Below, one piece after another: positions 36,951 through 49,904 of a stretch of DNA of 64,000 bases (its first letter is position 1; every line of letters starts with the position of its first letter). Origin of the DNA: Anthoceros angustus (taxonomy: Eukaryota; Plantae; Anthocerotophyta). The notes beneath the pieces were generated by a model. It saw only the letters and a program-made list of their open reading frames with translations. It had not been told where the DNA came from and searched no databases. The translations under genes were made by a program, and so were the position numbers. The stretch covers positions 1,107,370 to 1,171,369 of the forward strand of contig MU008175.1 of the NCBI GenBank assembly GCA_010909165.1, given 5' to 3'.

Positions 36951-39385
36951 ATGATTCCTAACGAACCTGAAAAATCCAAGAGTGTGCCAACACTTGTCAC
37001 AACTAAGACCGTCTTTGCAACGGTGCTGTTGAATCTCCTCCTCTTGCTTCTGGTCAGCTCCATTCAAGTGAAAGCGCTTCTCGTGCTTTGGCGTTGGTAC
37101 TCGGGATTTGTGTCGGATGGAAGCCCGCGGTCCACGATTGAAGTTTCCCCTGCAACTGTTGTGCCATCTGCTTGGACACAACATCTATCCAGCGGGGAAA
37201 ACACTTTCAGGCACGAGATCGACGGTTGCTGGACACAGGCATATGAAGGAATCTTACCGACGTGTGAAATCGGTTCTGACAAAGAGAAAAGATCAAGGAT
37301 AGCATTGGCTCTTGCCAACTGCTTCTTGTCTTCATCTGGCTTTCCGCAGGCTCACTGCCCTGACACCAGGCCCGCGCTGGAATGCACCGCCGATTTTCCA
37401 GACGACGTCCATTCCATTTTTGTTGTATTCTACAATGAAGCACATTCGATCTGCCATCACCTGCAGTGAGTTCTTCATCCAAGGCTCTGGTTTGTACCGG
37501 ACGGATTGCTTGTCCGCCTCTTGCCCCGCAATGTTCTGAGCCGTAAGAGTTTGATTCTGAGACTGGCTCATGTGGAAGGACAGAAACAGAATTCAACACT
37601 TGTTGAAAGTTCTCTAATCCTGGGTTGTGCAGAAGGACATCTGAACTTCAGACTGGGAAGGCGCCATGTGATGATGAGATATTAGGAAGAGCGGCGGAAA
37701 AATTACAGGGAATTGGTTCAGTTACCGTGACAGAGGCAGAGGCGGACGGTCTGGTTTCAACCCCAAACGCAGCGGGTGCGGTGCCTGTAGGGACGGCAAA
37801 TAGGATTGAGTCGGTACTAACAGAACTGTCGGCCATAGCCTCAGACGCGCAACGAGGCATGGAGGTAAAAAGTTGGACTCGTTGCGTTTCTTGCATCCAA
37901 GAACATTAGCGGTCCTCATGAGACTAACCTTCGTTGCTGCCAGACTGTGCTTATGTCTCAAGATCATATGCTGCAGCGGCAAAGAACACTAGCGGAAGCA
38001 TTGTCTCTGGAACTTACGAGGTTGCAGACAGATCATGCTGATATTGCTGCCCCGGTAATCGCATTTCTTCAGGAGGTGCCGGAACTCAGGGAACCACCAG
38101 AGATTGACAAGAACTCAGAAGTTTGGACGGCCATGGATGAGAGCACGTCATCACTCCATCAACTGTCGGAATTGGCAAGGCTGCACAAAGACGAGTTCAC
38201 AAGCTGGCAAGGTGAACTGGACGCGATGTATCAGCGCCTAGCAGATGGCTCGTCGGAGCTGCTGAAGTCTCAGGTCATTTTTCTTGGACATGCATCATTC
38301 CACTGCTTCTTATGATTCATGAATGAGTAGAAAATATCCCCCGGAATTGCATGTTGTGCTGTACGTGTGTTCGGCAATCCAGTAACAAGCGTTGCCCTAA
38401 CTTTGAAACAGGCGGCTATTGCAGCAAAGCAGGCTGTAGCTGTTGAATCATTGGATAACCTGTTCTCTTCATATGATGTGATCGTGGATGACAGAAAACC
38501 TCTGAAAACGTTCTTTTTCTATCTAGTCTTTGCTTCTGTTTTGTACTTCATCACCAATATCAGGCAGACCCACGGAGCAAGGATGCTAATTTACTACGGT
38601 TAGGACAATGGTCGTCCTTAGTGCAATACCAAGATGATCCATCTGCTATCTTCTAGAAGCCCTTGACCTTGCCCTTCTCTATTTTGTGTTATTGACCGTA
38701 AAGTGTACCTGAGACAATGTTAGTTGCAGTTCTTCTTCCAGGCTTATGCTTGGAGGTATTGTTGGTCCTCCTTCAAGTGACCGGGTCATTGAAGAAATTG
38801 CGGACGCTTAATGTTGAGCTGTCCTGGATCAGAGGAGCCGTCACTGCCTTGGAATTCCTGGGATTCGACTACAAAACTAGAGCTTTGAGGTGTTTTCCAG
38901 TATCTGTATCTTTGCAAGGAGGCACAACAAGAGTGTTTTTCGATCTAATTTATTAGTGCATGTGCAGAAGTATGGCGCTGTCATTGTTCAAGCCGCTGGT
39001 GGTATTCAAGAGGCTTCTGGCGGGCACAGAAAGTGAGAAACAAGTCTGTCACGTACCACCTTGCAGAGCTTGTGTTCTATCCCGTGCTGACGGTTTGTAA
39101 ACTTGGCCCAGAAGCTGCGGACACAAGCGATCCTCTTTATCGTCTCCCTCGAAAGGAACATCGGCAACGGCACCGATACATGCTCCGCGAAGGAGTGAGG
39201 AGGTACTAGTCTATTACTGTGAAAAATGACACGAAGCAGCCAGTGAACGGCAATTTGACGGCTTGCTCCTCGTTTCTCACAGGCCTGATCGTGTGCGGCC
39301 CATAACCGCGGACTTCCTCGACACAGAGTCGGTGGAAGAGTTCACAGCGAGGATCATGAATGGCCGTCCATTTGATGATGACTGA
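36951..39385 (+). CDS. GEX1: GAMETE EXPRESSED 1 homolog (GEX1/Kar5/Brambleberry nuclear-envelope fusion family), multi-exon
   Basis: Hydrophobic N-terminus; Cys-rich domain CWTQAYEGILPTCEI..DKEKRSRIALALANCFLSSSGFP..CP...C...HSIFVVFYNEAHSICHHLQ; coiled-coil exons; TM segments (KTFFFYLVFASVLYFIT, LCLEVLLV). 3' exons inferred to ...DPLYRLP...RYMLREG...GRPFDDD*. Confidence 0.85.
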
Positions 39386-39797
39386 TGGGACAGGCAACAA
39401 TTTCTGACAAACATCCTCAACACAGCGGAACATCAGAAGGATTGATCACGTTGCAGAAGAGCCATTCGAGAACTGTCTACAAGTGGCTGGGACGAATTGG
39501 AAGTTGTGTTGTCTCTTCAGGCCCACTCTCGTTTGGAACGTTGCAAGTTGACCTGTCCTTCAGCTCATGCTTTAGGTGATGGAGGGCGCTGCACTTGTGG
39601 GTGGTTGGTGTTGTTAGCAATTCACTTCGTCATTCAGGTCTTTTGAGAGCAGCAGAGCTGAGTAATGCCTCTGCAATGGTATCCCTGCTGCCAAAGTGAG
39701 TATATCCAGTTACTTAAGGTAGAAGCCACCATTTGCAAACCGTGTGCTGTCATCTTGACTTCCAGGGCGATGTAGCTACCGGTGTGCCTGGCAACTA

Positions 39798-42700
39798 TTA
39801 CTCCTCCCTGCTTTTGGTATCCCGAATGTGGTTCAGCTGTAAAGTTACCTCTTCTAACAGATCGTAGAGTTGCTCATGCTCTGGATGCTCGCAGTCTCCT
39901 ACCATAAAACTGCGTACTCCCTGCTCATACTCAATCCAGCTCTGGCCAGGTTCCTTCCGAGCACCTTCCTGTTGCCTTAAAGCATGCACCTCCATGGCGC
40001 GGTGAGGAAGGCCAGCGGCAGCATAGATCTGAGACATCAAGACGTATGCTGCAGCATGTTTAGGTTGTAGACGCACTGCAAATTCAAAAACCTGTTGTCC
40101 CAGCACTACGTTGCCGTGCTTCCGACAGGCACCCAGCAAGCACAGCCAAATTTTTAAGTCAGGTTGTATTGGCATTTTGGCTATGAACTCTTGCACCTCT
40201 GTGAAGTAGCCTGCACGTCCATACAGGTCCACCATACTGACATAATGCTCAATCTCTGGTGCCAATCCATGATCTTTGCTCATGGATTCAAAGAATTTCA
40301 CCCCTGTATCCACAAGGCCAGCATGACTGCATGCCGAAAGAAGTGAAACAAAGGTAACAATGTCTGGCTTGATACCCGCAAGCTGCATTTTATCATAGCA
40401 CTGCAGGACTAGTTGACCACTTCCATGCTGTGCATATCCTGCGATCATGGCATTCCATGTCACCACATCTCGTTCGGGAAGCCTGTCGAAGACTTCACAG
40501 GCCTCCTGTAAGCTGCCACATTTTGAGAACATGTCCACCAAGCAGTTGCCGATAAGCACGTCGGCCTCCAATCCTCGGTTCTGAATCTCGCGATGCAGTT
40601 GTTTTCCTTTATGTAGAGCTCCAGCGCTCGCGCATGCTTTCAACAGGTAGGAAAAGGTGATGGGATGTGCTGGAGTGATCCCCTCAGCTTGCATACTAGC
40701 ATAGAGAGCAAGAGACTCATGGCCAAATCCATGCTGAGCATATCCTGCGAGCATTGCATTCCATGACCCAACTTCTCTTATAGTCATCTTGTCAAACACA
40801 CTGCGGGCATCCTCTAGGCTGCCACATTTGGCATACATGTCCACCAGACAATTTCCAATAATTACGTCAGATTGAAGCTCCCTTTCCTGGATCTGCAAAT
40901 GCAGATTCTTGCCCTGATTTAAGTCTCCAATGCTCGCACATGCGTTCAAGAGACAAACGAAAGTAACGTGATTTGCTGGGTAGATGCCCTCCTGCTGCAT
41001 GCTAGCATAGAGAGAAAGTGACTCTTGACCAAGTCCATGCTGGGCATATCCTGCAATCATGGCAGTCCATGTGACCACATCTTTAACAGTCAACGTGTCA
41101 AATACTTTCCGAGCATCCTCAATGCTCCCGCATTTTGCATACATGTCAACGAGGCTGTTGCCAACAACAACAATTGATTCTAAACCCTGATCCTGGATTT
41201 CGGAATGCAGCTTCTTGCCGTAATGCAAAGCTTCAAAGCTTGCACAAGCTTTAAGGAGACACAAAAATGTCACAGCATCGGCTGCAGTCAGGCCCTCCTC
41301 TTCCATGGCCACATAAAGAGAAAAGGCCTCCTGACTACACCCCTGATGAGCGTATCCTGAAAGCATTGCATTCCATGTGACTACAGTTTTCATAGGCAGA
41401 TTGTCAAAGATTTTTCGCGCATCCTGTAGACTACCACATTTTGCATACATATCCACCAGGCAGTTGCTAATTACAACATCTGCTTCCAGTCCTCTTTGCT
41501 GTATTTCACAATGAAGTTGTTTGCCCTCATGCAAGGCTCCAATGCTGGCGCATGCTCTCAACAGGCAAACATATGTCACATGATCAGCTAGAGTGATGCC
41601 CTCCTCTTGCATCCTCCTGTACAAAGAGAGGGCTTCCTGAACGAGACCATGCTCAGCATATCCAGCAATCATAGCAGTCCAGGTCACCACATTTTTTGTA
41701 GGCAAAGTGTCAAAAACTCTGCGTGCATCTTCTACACTCCCACATTTTGAATACATATCCACAAGGCTGTTGCCAACAACCACATCAGCTTGAAATCCAC
41801 GAATTTGAATCTGGGAGTGAAGGTCCTTCCCCTCATCCAAAGCTCTGGAGCTGGCGCATGCTTTAGCAAGGGAAGCAAAAGTAGTATGATCAGCTGGAGG
41901 GCCGTCCTCCTGTTGCATCACTGCATACAAGCTCAGAGCCTCATGACCCAGCCCATGCTGGGCATATCCTGTGATCATGGCATTCCAAGTCACAAGATTC
42001 CTCGTAGGCATCCTCTCAAACAATTTTCGAGCATCTTCCAAGTTTCCACATTTTGAATATCCTGTCACCATGGCAGTCCATGTCACTGTATCCTTTTCTG
42101 GCATTGCATCAAATACAAAGTGGGCATCCTCCAAGCTGCCACATTTTGCGTACATGTCTATCAAGGAGTTTCCAACAAATATATTTGCTTGCAAGTTACT
42201 CTGCAAAATATCAGCATGGACCTCCTTCCCTGATGCAAGATCTTCTGCACACGCACATGCTTTCAGAACTGCTACAAAGACATAATTGTCTGGTGTAGCT
42301 GCTGCTGACTGTCGCATCTGTGCATAGAGTTTTATGGCATGCATAGGCTGCCCATGTTCAGCATGTGCCAGAATAATTGAAGACCACAAGAAAGTGTCTA
42401 CATCAGGCAGGCTGGTAAATACCTGGGCTGCTTCTCGCAACAGCCCATGAGAAGCATACATCCGGATGATGTGGTTGGCCAGGAAGGTGTTTGACTGATA
42501 CCCGGTCTTGAAAATAAGTGCGTGAATGAGCCTCCCAACGGGAAGATACCTCTGTGCAATGCACAATCTAAGAACACGGTACATGAGAGGTGTAGAGACA
42601 TAGAAACCTCGCTCCACCAGAAGGCCCAACTGCTCAATCGCGGCACGGAGCTGTCCCTCCTCAGTCCAGAACTCAGCACCAGGAGCTGCTTCATACTCGA

Positions 42701-43146
42701 CCGCCCTACAAGGTCGAAGGGACTATCAAAAACAGTCATTGCACAAGCAGCCTACTTGCCATGCGACAGTAGTCTTCGAAGGTTGCAAACCGATACTGTA
42801 CTACAAGCAAATGCAGCTGAAAACGACCAAACCTGCAGAACTCGTCAGGTCCCTCGTGCTCAGGTCTGTGGGCGCGACCCACAGCCTTGGGAACTGGTGG
42901 CTTTCTTCCATCATCGTACGGAGGGTGTGAGCCACCCACCAAGGCTGCGGCGATGGAGTGCTTGTTGCACTGGTTGTCCCAGCACAAGACAGGATCGGTC
43001 GGGTGTGCACTTGATTCCCCGGGGCTGGTTTCGGACTTGCAAAGTTCTGCTGCTCCTGCCCACGATGTCCTGCAACAGTCCTTCAAATTGCTGCGTCTGG
43101 AGTGACTTTGAATCAAGGGAGTCACCAAATGGCGACCTTTCTTCAT
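39798..43146 (-). CDS. PLS-class PPR E+ protein (~1073 aa); exons 43146-42833 and 42705-39798
   Basis: PLS repeats; E1 LKIWLCLLGACRKHG, E2, PG box KEPGQSWIEYE, then stop. The long ORF lacks an ATG, but a phase-2 intron (TGC AG|gtttgg...tgtag|G GCG) joins a MKKGRHLVTPLIQSHSRR exon. Confidence 0.9.
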
Positions 43147-43576
43147 TTGCCCTGTGATAGCGCCATTGCGCTGCCGACCGCCCTTCTCTCTTCAGGCAAG
43201 GACGCGTAATCCCACTGCTCCTGACTTGGTAGCTGGGCATTTCAGACTCTTCACCGTTGTTGGCATTCCTGCATATCGGCCTGTTAAATCAGGGACGCAC
43301 CTTGGTCGTCAAACAGAGCAGAACGGCTCATCCGTCGTCCCAACCGTGTGGCCAGCCAAGGGACAATTCAACTGCCGAATTCCACCGTTCAAGAAGAGAT
43401 TCGTCAGTGCACTTCGACAGGCAGAATGTCTCACTGGAAGGGACTTCCACGATGCCCGATCCGGATGGCTTTTCGATGTTTTCCGGCTTGTTCAACCCTG
43501 GCTGTTGAAATCTCTCGCTGGGTATTGTCTAGATGCCGTGGTATCCGTTTTCTGGCAAGGTCTCATTGTCCACTGT

Positions 43577-45825
43577 TTATGACGTCGCCGTTGTGACGTC
43601 TCCGTGACCTTCCTTCTTCAGCTGAAGGCTCACTTTTCCTAAGAAGTCGTGAAGTTCTTCATACTGTGGATGGTGGCCGTCTCCAACCAGAAAGGTATGC
43701 ACTTCTTGCTCATGCTCGATCCAGCTCTGGCCAGGCTCCTTCCATCCACCTTGCTTCTCCCTTAACATATGCAGCTCTGTTGCATCCTCAGAAATACCCG
43801 CAGCAGCGTAGATATGTGACATCAAGAGATACGCAGCTGAGTGCTCGGGCTCAAGGTGTACTGCACAACTGAATGCCTCTTCTCCCAGTACTATGTCTCC
43901 GTGTTTGCGACAGGCACCAAGCAGACACAACCACAGGGCCAGATTAGGCTGCACCGGCATGTTCAACAGCAGGGCTTCTACCTGTTGGAAGCATCCTGCA
44001 CGCCCAAAGAGGTCGACCATACTAACGTAATGATCTATCCCTGGTGTTATTTCATGTTCTCTCATCATGGATTCGAAGTACTCAACCCCCTTGTCCACCA
44101 TACCAGCATGGCGGCATGCAGAAAGAAGTGAAAGAAAGGTAACGTCGTTAGGCTTAACCCCTGCCTGCTGCATTCCGTCATAGCACTGCAGGGCTTCTTT
44201 GTAGTATCCATGTTGAGCATATCCTGCAAGCATCGCATTCCATGCCACAACATCTCTGACGGACAGCTTTTGGAATACTCTGCAAGCATCTTCCAAGCTG
44301 CCACATTTTGCATACATGTCCAGCAGGCAGTTGCCTATAACCAGATCGGTTTCTAGTCCACTTTCTTCGATCTGGGAGTGTATCTTCTTTCCTTGATTTA
44401 AGGCTCCAACGCCGGCGCACGTTCTCAACAGGCAGACATATGTGACGTGGTCAGCGGGAGTGATACCCTCCTCTTGCATCCTTGTGTACAAACAGAGCGC
44501 TTCTTGACAAAGGCCTTGCTCAGCATATCCAGCAATTAAAGCAGTCCATGTCACCACATTTTTTGTGGGCAGTCGGTCGAACACTGTGCGTGCATCCTCT
44601 ACACACCCGCATTTTGCATACATGTCCACCAGCCCGTTGCCTACAAACACATCAGCTTCCAGTCCACGTATTTGAATCTGAGAATGAAGGTGCTTCCCCT
44701 CATTCAAAGCTCTTAGGCCGGCACAAGCCTTCACCAGGGAGGCAAAAGTAGTATGATCAGCGAGAGGGCCGTCCTCCTGTTGCATCCCTGCATACAGTCT
44801 CAAGGCCTCCTGGCCCATCCCATGCTGAGCATATCCTGTGATCATGGCATTCCAGGATACAAGATTCCTTGCAGGCATTCTGTCAAACAATCTGCGAGCA
44901 TCTTCCAAGTTTCCACACTTTGCATATCCGGTCACCATGGCAGTCCATGTCACTGTATCCTTTCTGGGCATTGCATCAAACACAAAGCGAGCATCCTCCA
45001 AGCTGCCACACTTTGCATACATGTCTACCAAGGAGTTGCTAACGAATATGTTTGCTTTGAAGTCACGCCGCAGGACATCAGCATGGACCTGCTTCCCTGC
45101 TGCCAGATCCTGTGCGCCCGCACATGCTTTCAGGACTGCCACAAATACATGATTATCGGGTGTGGCTGCTGCTGAACGTCGCATCTGTCGGTACAGTCTT
45201 ATGGCATGCACTGGCTGCCCATGTTCGGCATGTGCCAAGATGATCGAAGACCACAAAAACGTGTCCACACAATCCAGGCTTGTAAACACCTGGGTCACTT
45301 CGTCCAACATCCCATGAGAAGCGTACATGCGGAGAATGTGGTTTGCCAGGAACGTGTTTGACTGATACCCGGTCTTGAGAGCCAGTGCATGAATGAGCCT
45401 CCCAACAACAATATCCTTCCTTGCCATGCACATTTGAAGGACATGGTAGATGAGAGCTGCTGAGACGAAAAATCCTCTTTCCACCAGACAGCCCAATGCT
45501 TCAACAGCATCATCAAGAACTCCCTCCTCAGGCCAAATCTCTGTCACCCTGCAAGACACAGAAGCTGTCAAAAGAACAGCCCAGAAGACTTGCAGACTGA
45601 AAGCAGATGGGTCAAGCCAAACCTCTCAAATTCGTCAAAATCCTGGAGTTCAGGTGCAGGCTTGTCGGAAGGAGCCGCAGCCTTGGGTGGCCCTGCTTCC
45701 TGCGAGACACCCAACAGGACCGAAGTGGCCCCGTGCTTGATGCCCACACTGCATGGCACTGCTGATGACAGATGTCGTGTGTACGGCTGCATCAAGCGGG
45801 CCACCACATTGCCCGCTCTCTTCAT
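43577..45825 (-). CDS. PLS-class PPR E+ protein (~724 aa); exons 45825-45623 and 45548-43577
   Basis: PLS repeats, WKEPGQSWIEHE, no catalytic DYW; phase-2 intron (GAG AG|gtttgg...tgcag|G GTG) joins a presequence-like exon MKRAGNVVARLMQPYTRHLSS. Confidence 0.9.
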
Positions 45826-46094
45826 TTGTGTCTCTGCCAACGGCTCTTCATCAGAACTGGATCGCCAAGTGCGATGGATCAGATGGGCCTGTGTTGTTGG
45901 GGGAATTTTTCCATGGAATCATGGCAAACAATTGGGGCTGTGCGCGGGGCCTTCACAGTGGCTTGCAGGGAAACCCACAAGCAGGAGAGGCGGTGCTTCC
46001 ATGTGGAGGCAACTTGCAGAGATCCGGATGTGACTGCGGAGACGTGTGTAAGGACTTCGGGAGGTCTTAGCTCCTTGCTCAGCGGGCGTTTTGG

Positions 46095-49000
46095 ATGTTA
46101 TCTCTTGCTGCGCGCAGCGCGGTCAAGTCATGCCGCAGCCATCCTGGCTGCGGCAGCCACAGGCAGCACAACCTTGCCTGTTTCGACACTAGCTTGGCAG
46201 GGCCTCCGAGTGGGAGGCAAACAGGTGAGCTCAGCGAGACCGTGAAAGCATTGGAGAGAGGATCCGAATTAACCCCATCTCTGTTAAGCCGGATCCTGAG
46301 AAGGTGCATAGCACAAAGGGATATTGGACTTGGGAGGCGTGTGCATGCTGTTTGTCGAACAGGCGGACATGAGTCGGACGCATTCTTGGCCAACGATATC
46401 ATTCGCATGTATGCTTCTCATGGACTGCTGCAGGAAGCAAACGATGTGTTTACCAAATTTGCTGCCCCAGACACGTTTGTGTGGTTTTCCATCATTCAGG
46501 CACATGCACAACTGGGACAGCCTCGTCGTGCTATACAGCTGTACAGAGAGATGCAACAGGATTCAGGTGTGCAGCTAAACAACCACATCTATGGTGCAGT
46601 TCTCAAGGCCTGTGCATCTACAGCAGACTTGGTCTCTGGCAGGCAGGTGCATGCTGATGTGTTGGGGAGCATGGTGGAGCCCAATATGTATGTGGGCAGC
46701 TGCCTGGTGGACATGTATATCAAATGTGGGAGCCTAGAGGATGCTCGCAGAGTGTTCGACAGCTTGACCAAAAAAGATGTGGTATCCTGGAATGGCATGA
46801 TTGCAGGGTATGCTCAGAATGGGTTTGGCGGCGAAGCTCTTTCTCTCTATGCAGCAATGCAAAAGGAGGCCAACACTCCAGCAAATCACGTCACATTTGC
46901 CTCCTTACTCAAAGCATGTGCAAGCATTGGGGCTTTGCATGAGGGCAAGGGCATCCATTCGGACATTCGGGTACGAGGACTTGAAGCTGACGTGTTTCTT
47001 GGAGGCTGCCTCCTGGATATGTATGCAAAATGCGGGTGCTTGGATGATGCTCGCAGAGTGTTTGACGCTATGCCAACTAGAGATGTGGTTACGTGGAACG
47101 CCATGCTTGCTGGATATGCTCGGCGAGATCTTACTCAGAAGTGTATGTCTCTTTACGCCAGTATGCAGGAGGAGGGCATCACGAGACCTGATCCTGTCAC
47201 ATTTCTGTGCCTGCTGAAAGCGTGCGCAAGCAGTAGGGCCTTACATCAAGGCAAGCAGCTTCATTCTCAAATTTTGCAAAGAGGGCTAGAAAGTGATCTG
47301 GTTCTTGGCAACAGCATTGTGGACATGTATGCAAAATGTGGCAGCTTGATGGATGCATGCATAGTGTTTGAAATGTTGCCTGCCAAAGATCTGGTGACAT
47401 GGAATGCCATGATTACCGGCTACTGCAGTAACGGGCTTGGCCACGAAGCTCTCTCTGTTTATGCAAGGATGCAGCAGGAGGGTGTGGCGTTAGCGGACAA
47501 GGTCACATTTTCCTGTCTTTTGAAAGCATGTGGGAGCATCAGAGCTTTGAATGAAGGTAAGCAGCTTCATTCCCGAATTCGGGAAAGTGGATTGCACGGT
47601 GATGTGGTCATAAGCAACTGTCTGGTGGACATGTATGCAAAATGTGGGAGCTTAGTGGATGCCCGCAGGATGTTTGATGGGTTGCCCACAAAAGATGTGG
47701 TGTCTTGGAATACAATGATCTCAGGATATGGTGAGCACGGCCTTGGCCAAGAAGCTCTTGGTCTGTTTGCGAGTATGCAGGAGGAGGGGATCACCCCCCC
47801 AGATCGTGTGACATTCATATCCCTTCTGAAAGCATGTGGAAGCATTGGCGCATTAGATGCAGGAAAGGCGCTGCACCTGAAGGTTCAAGAGAATGAACTG
47901 GAAGGTGATCAAGTCATGGGCAACTGCCTGGTGGACATGTACGCCAAATGTGGCAGTTTAGAGGACGCTAGCAAAGTGTTCAACAGTTTGCCGAAGAAAG
48001 ATTTGGTTAGCTGGAATGCAATGCTCTCCGGCTTTGTCCAGCAGGGGCTTGGCATAGAGTGCCTTTCTATGTATGAAAGAATGCAACAGGAGTGTATCAC
48101 TCCAGCGGATCACATCACTTTTGTATCTGTTTTGAAGGCATGTGCTATCAGTGGAGACCTACATCAGGGAATGCAGCTTCATTCCCAGATTCAACTTCAG
48201 GGCTTTGAAGCTGATGTAAGCATCGGCAATTGCCTGGTGGACATGTATGCAAAATGCGGAAGTGTGGATCGTGCTCGTGAGGTTTTTGAGCAGTTACCCA
48301 CGAAGAACATTGTAACATGGAATGCAATGATAGGGGGATATGCTCAGCATGGGCTGGGCCAAGAAGCTCTTGCCCTTTATGCTCGTTTGCAACAGGAGGG
48401 CAAGCATTCGGCGAATCACGTCACCTTTGTGTGCCTTCTTAAAGCATGCGCCAGCAGTGTATCTTTACATGAGGGCAAGGAGCTTCATTCCCAGATTCAG
48501 GAGAGAGAACTGGAAGGCGACGTAGTGGTTGGCAACTGCCTGGTGGACATGTACGCAAAATGTGGGAGCTTAGAGGAGGCCCGCAAAATGTTTGAGAAGG
48601 TTTCCAGGAAAGATGTTGTAACGTGGAATTCGATGCTGGCAGCCTACGCTCAAAACGGGCTTGGTCAGGAATCCCTTGCCCTTTATTCCAGCATGCAGAA
48701 GGAGGGCGTCACAGTTGCTGATCAAGTGACGTTTGTGTGCCTGCTAAAGGCTTGCTCCCGCACTGGGTCTTTACTTGAGGGCAAGGAACTCCACTCTCAG
48801 ATCAAGGCAAGGGGACTGGAAGGTGATTCGGTTCTGGGAAACAGCCTGGTTGACATGTACGCCAGATGTGGAAGCCTAGAGGATGCTCGCAGGGTGTTTG
48901 ATAACCTGCCTTCGAAGGACTTGGTGACATGGAATGCGATGATCACAGGATATGCCCAACATGAACAGGGCGAAGAAGCTCTTACACTTTACTCAAAAAT

Positions 49001-49904
49001 GCAACAGGAGGGAATAACATCAGCCGACAGCATCACATTTGCGTGCCTTCTGAAATCCTGTGCCAGCGTTGGAGCAGTTCAGCAGGGGAAGCAACTCCAC
49101 TCCCAGATTCGGCGTCAAGGATTAGAAGCCGATCTCCTCATGGGTAACTGCCTGGTGGACATGTATGCCAAGTGCGGGAGCTTAGAAGACGCCTGCAGGG
49201 TGTTCCAAGCAATGAACACTAGGGATGTCGTAACATGGACTGCCATGATTTCCGGATACGCTCAGCACGGCCTTGGGAAAGAAGCAGTCCAGTGCTATGA
49301 GGAAATGCGGGCGGCGGGCATCAGACCAGATGAGGTGACATTTGTATCTCTCTTGTCTGCATGCAGCCATGGCGGCCTGGTTGAAAAAGGGGCCGAGTAC
49401 TTCGAGTCCATGTCAAAAGACTTCAGCATCACGCCAGAGATAGAGCATCACATCAGCATGGTGGACCTTCTCGGGCGCGCAGGCCGGTTTGCAGAGGTGG
49501 AAGCTGTGCTGTCAAGGATGCCCATGCAGCCTGATCTGGCAACGTGGCTGTGCCTGCTCGCAGCGTGTAGGAAGCACGGCAACCTGGCGTTGGCGGATCA
49601 GGCCTTTCAGCGTGCCGTGAGCCTCCAACCAACGCATCCGGCCGCGTACCTGGTGATGTCCCATATCTACGCCGATGCCGGACTGTTGGAGCGTGCAGAT
49701 GAGGTTTTGGCGTCGAGGCAGCAGGAAGGCGCGCCGAAGCAGCCCGGGCGGAGCTGGATCGAGCATGACTCGGAGCTACACACGTTCGTGGTAGGCGACC
49801 ACCTTCAGGCACGGCATAAACAAATACGCGATATGTTAGTGGAGCTGAGCTGGAAGGTTAGCTGTTCAGAACACAACTGCCAACGAAGCAAAGCGATGGC
49901 ATAG
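46095..49904 (+). CDS. PLS-class PPR E+ protein (1269 aa)
   Basis: Single ORF with about ten PLS triplets, E1 LATWLCLLAACRKHG, E2, KQPGRSWIEHD; stops before HxE. Confidence 0.95.
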   Translation: MLSLAARSAVKSCRSHPGCGSHRQHNLACFDTSLAGPPSGRQTGELSETVKALERGSELTPSLLSRILRRCIAQRDIGLGRRVHAVCRTGGHESDAFLANDIIRMYASHGLLQEANDVFTKFAAPDTFVWFSIIQAHAQLGQPRRAIQLYREMQQDSGVQLNNHIYGAVLKACASTADLVSGRQVHADVLGSMVEPNMYVGSCLVDMYIKCGSLEDARRVFDSLTKKDVVSWNGMIAGYAQNGFGGEALSLYAAMQKEANTPANHVTFASLLKACASIGALHEGKGIHSDIRVRGLEADVFLGGCLLDMYAKCGCLDDARRVFDAMPTRDVVTWNAMLAGYARRDLTQKCMSLYASMQEEGITRPDPVTFLCLLKACASSRALHQGKQLHSQILQRGLESDLVLGNSIVDMYAKCGSLMDACIVFEMLPAKDLVTWNAMITGYCSNGLGHEALSVYARMQQEGVALADKVTFSCLLKACGSIRALNEGKQLHSRIRESGLHGDVVISNCLVDMYAKCGSLVDARRMFDGLPTKDVVSWNTMISGYGEHGLGQEALGLFASMQEEGITPPDRVTFISLLKACGSIGALDAGKALHLKVQENELEGDQVMGNCLVDMYAKCGSLEDASKVFNSLPKKDLVSWNAMLSGFVQQGLGIECLSMYERMQQECITPADHITFVSVLKACAISGDLHQGMQLHSQIQLQGFEADVSIGNCLVDMYAKCGSVDRAREVFEQLPTKNIVTWNAMIGGYAQHGLGQEALALYARLQQEGKHSANHVTFVCLLKACASSVSLHEGKELHSQIQERELEGDVVVGNCLVDMYAKCGSLEEARKMFEKVSRKDVVTWNSMLAAYAQNGLGQESLALYSSMQKEGVTVADQVTFVCLLKACSRTGSLLEGKELHSQIKARGLEGDSVLGNSLVDMYARCGSLEDARRVFDNLPSKDLVTWNAMITGYAQHEQGEEALTLYSKMQQEGITSADSITFACLLKSCASVGAVQQGKQLHSQIRRQGLEADLLMGNCLVDMYAKCGSLEDACRVFQAMNTRDVVTWTAMISGYAQHGLGKEAVQCYEEMRAAGIRPDEVTFVSLLSACSHGGLVEKGAEYFESMSKDFSITPEIEHHISMVDLLGRAGRFAEVEAVLSRMPMQPDLATWLCLLAACRKHGNLALADQAFQRAVSLQPTHPAAYLVMSHIYADAGLLERADEVLASRQQEGAPKQPGRSWIEHDSELHTFVVGDHLQARHKQIRDMLVELSWKVSCSEHNCQRSKAMA

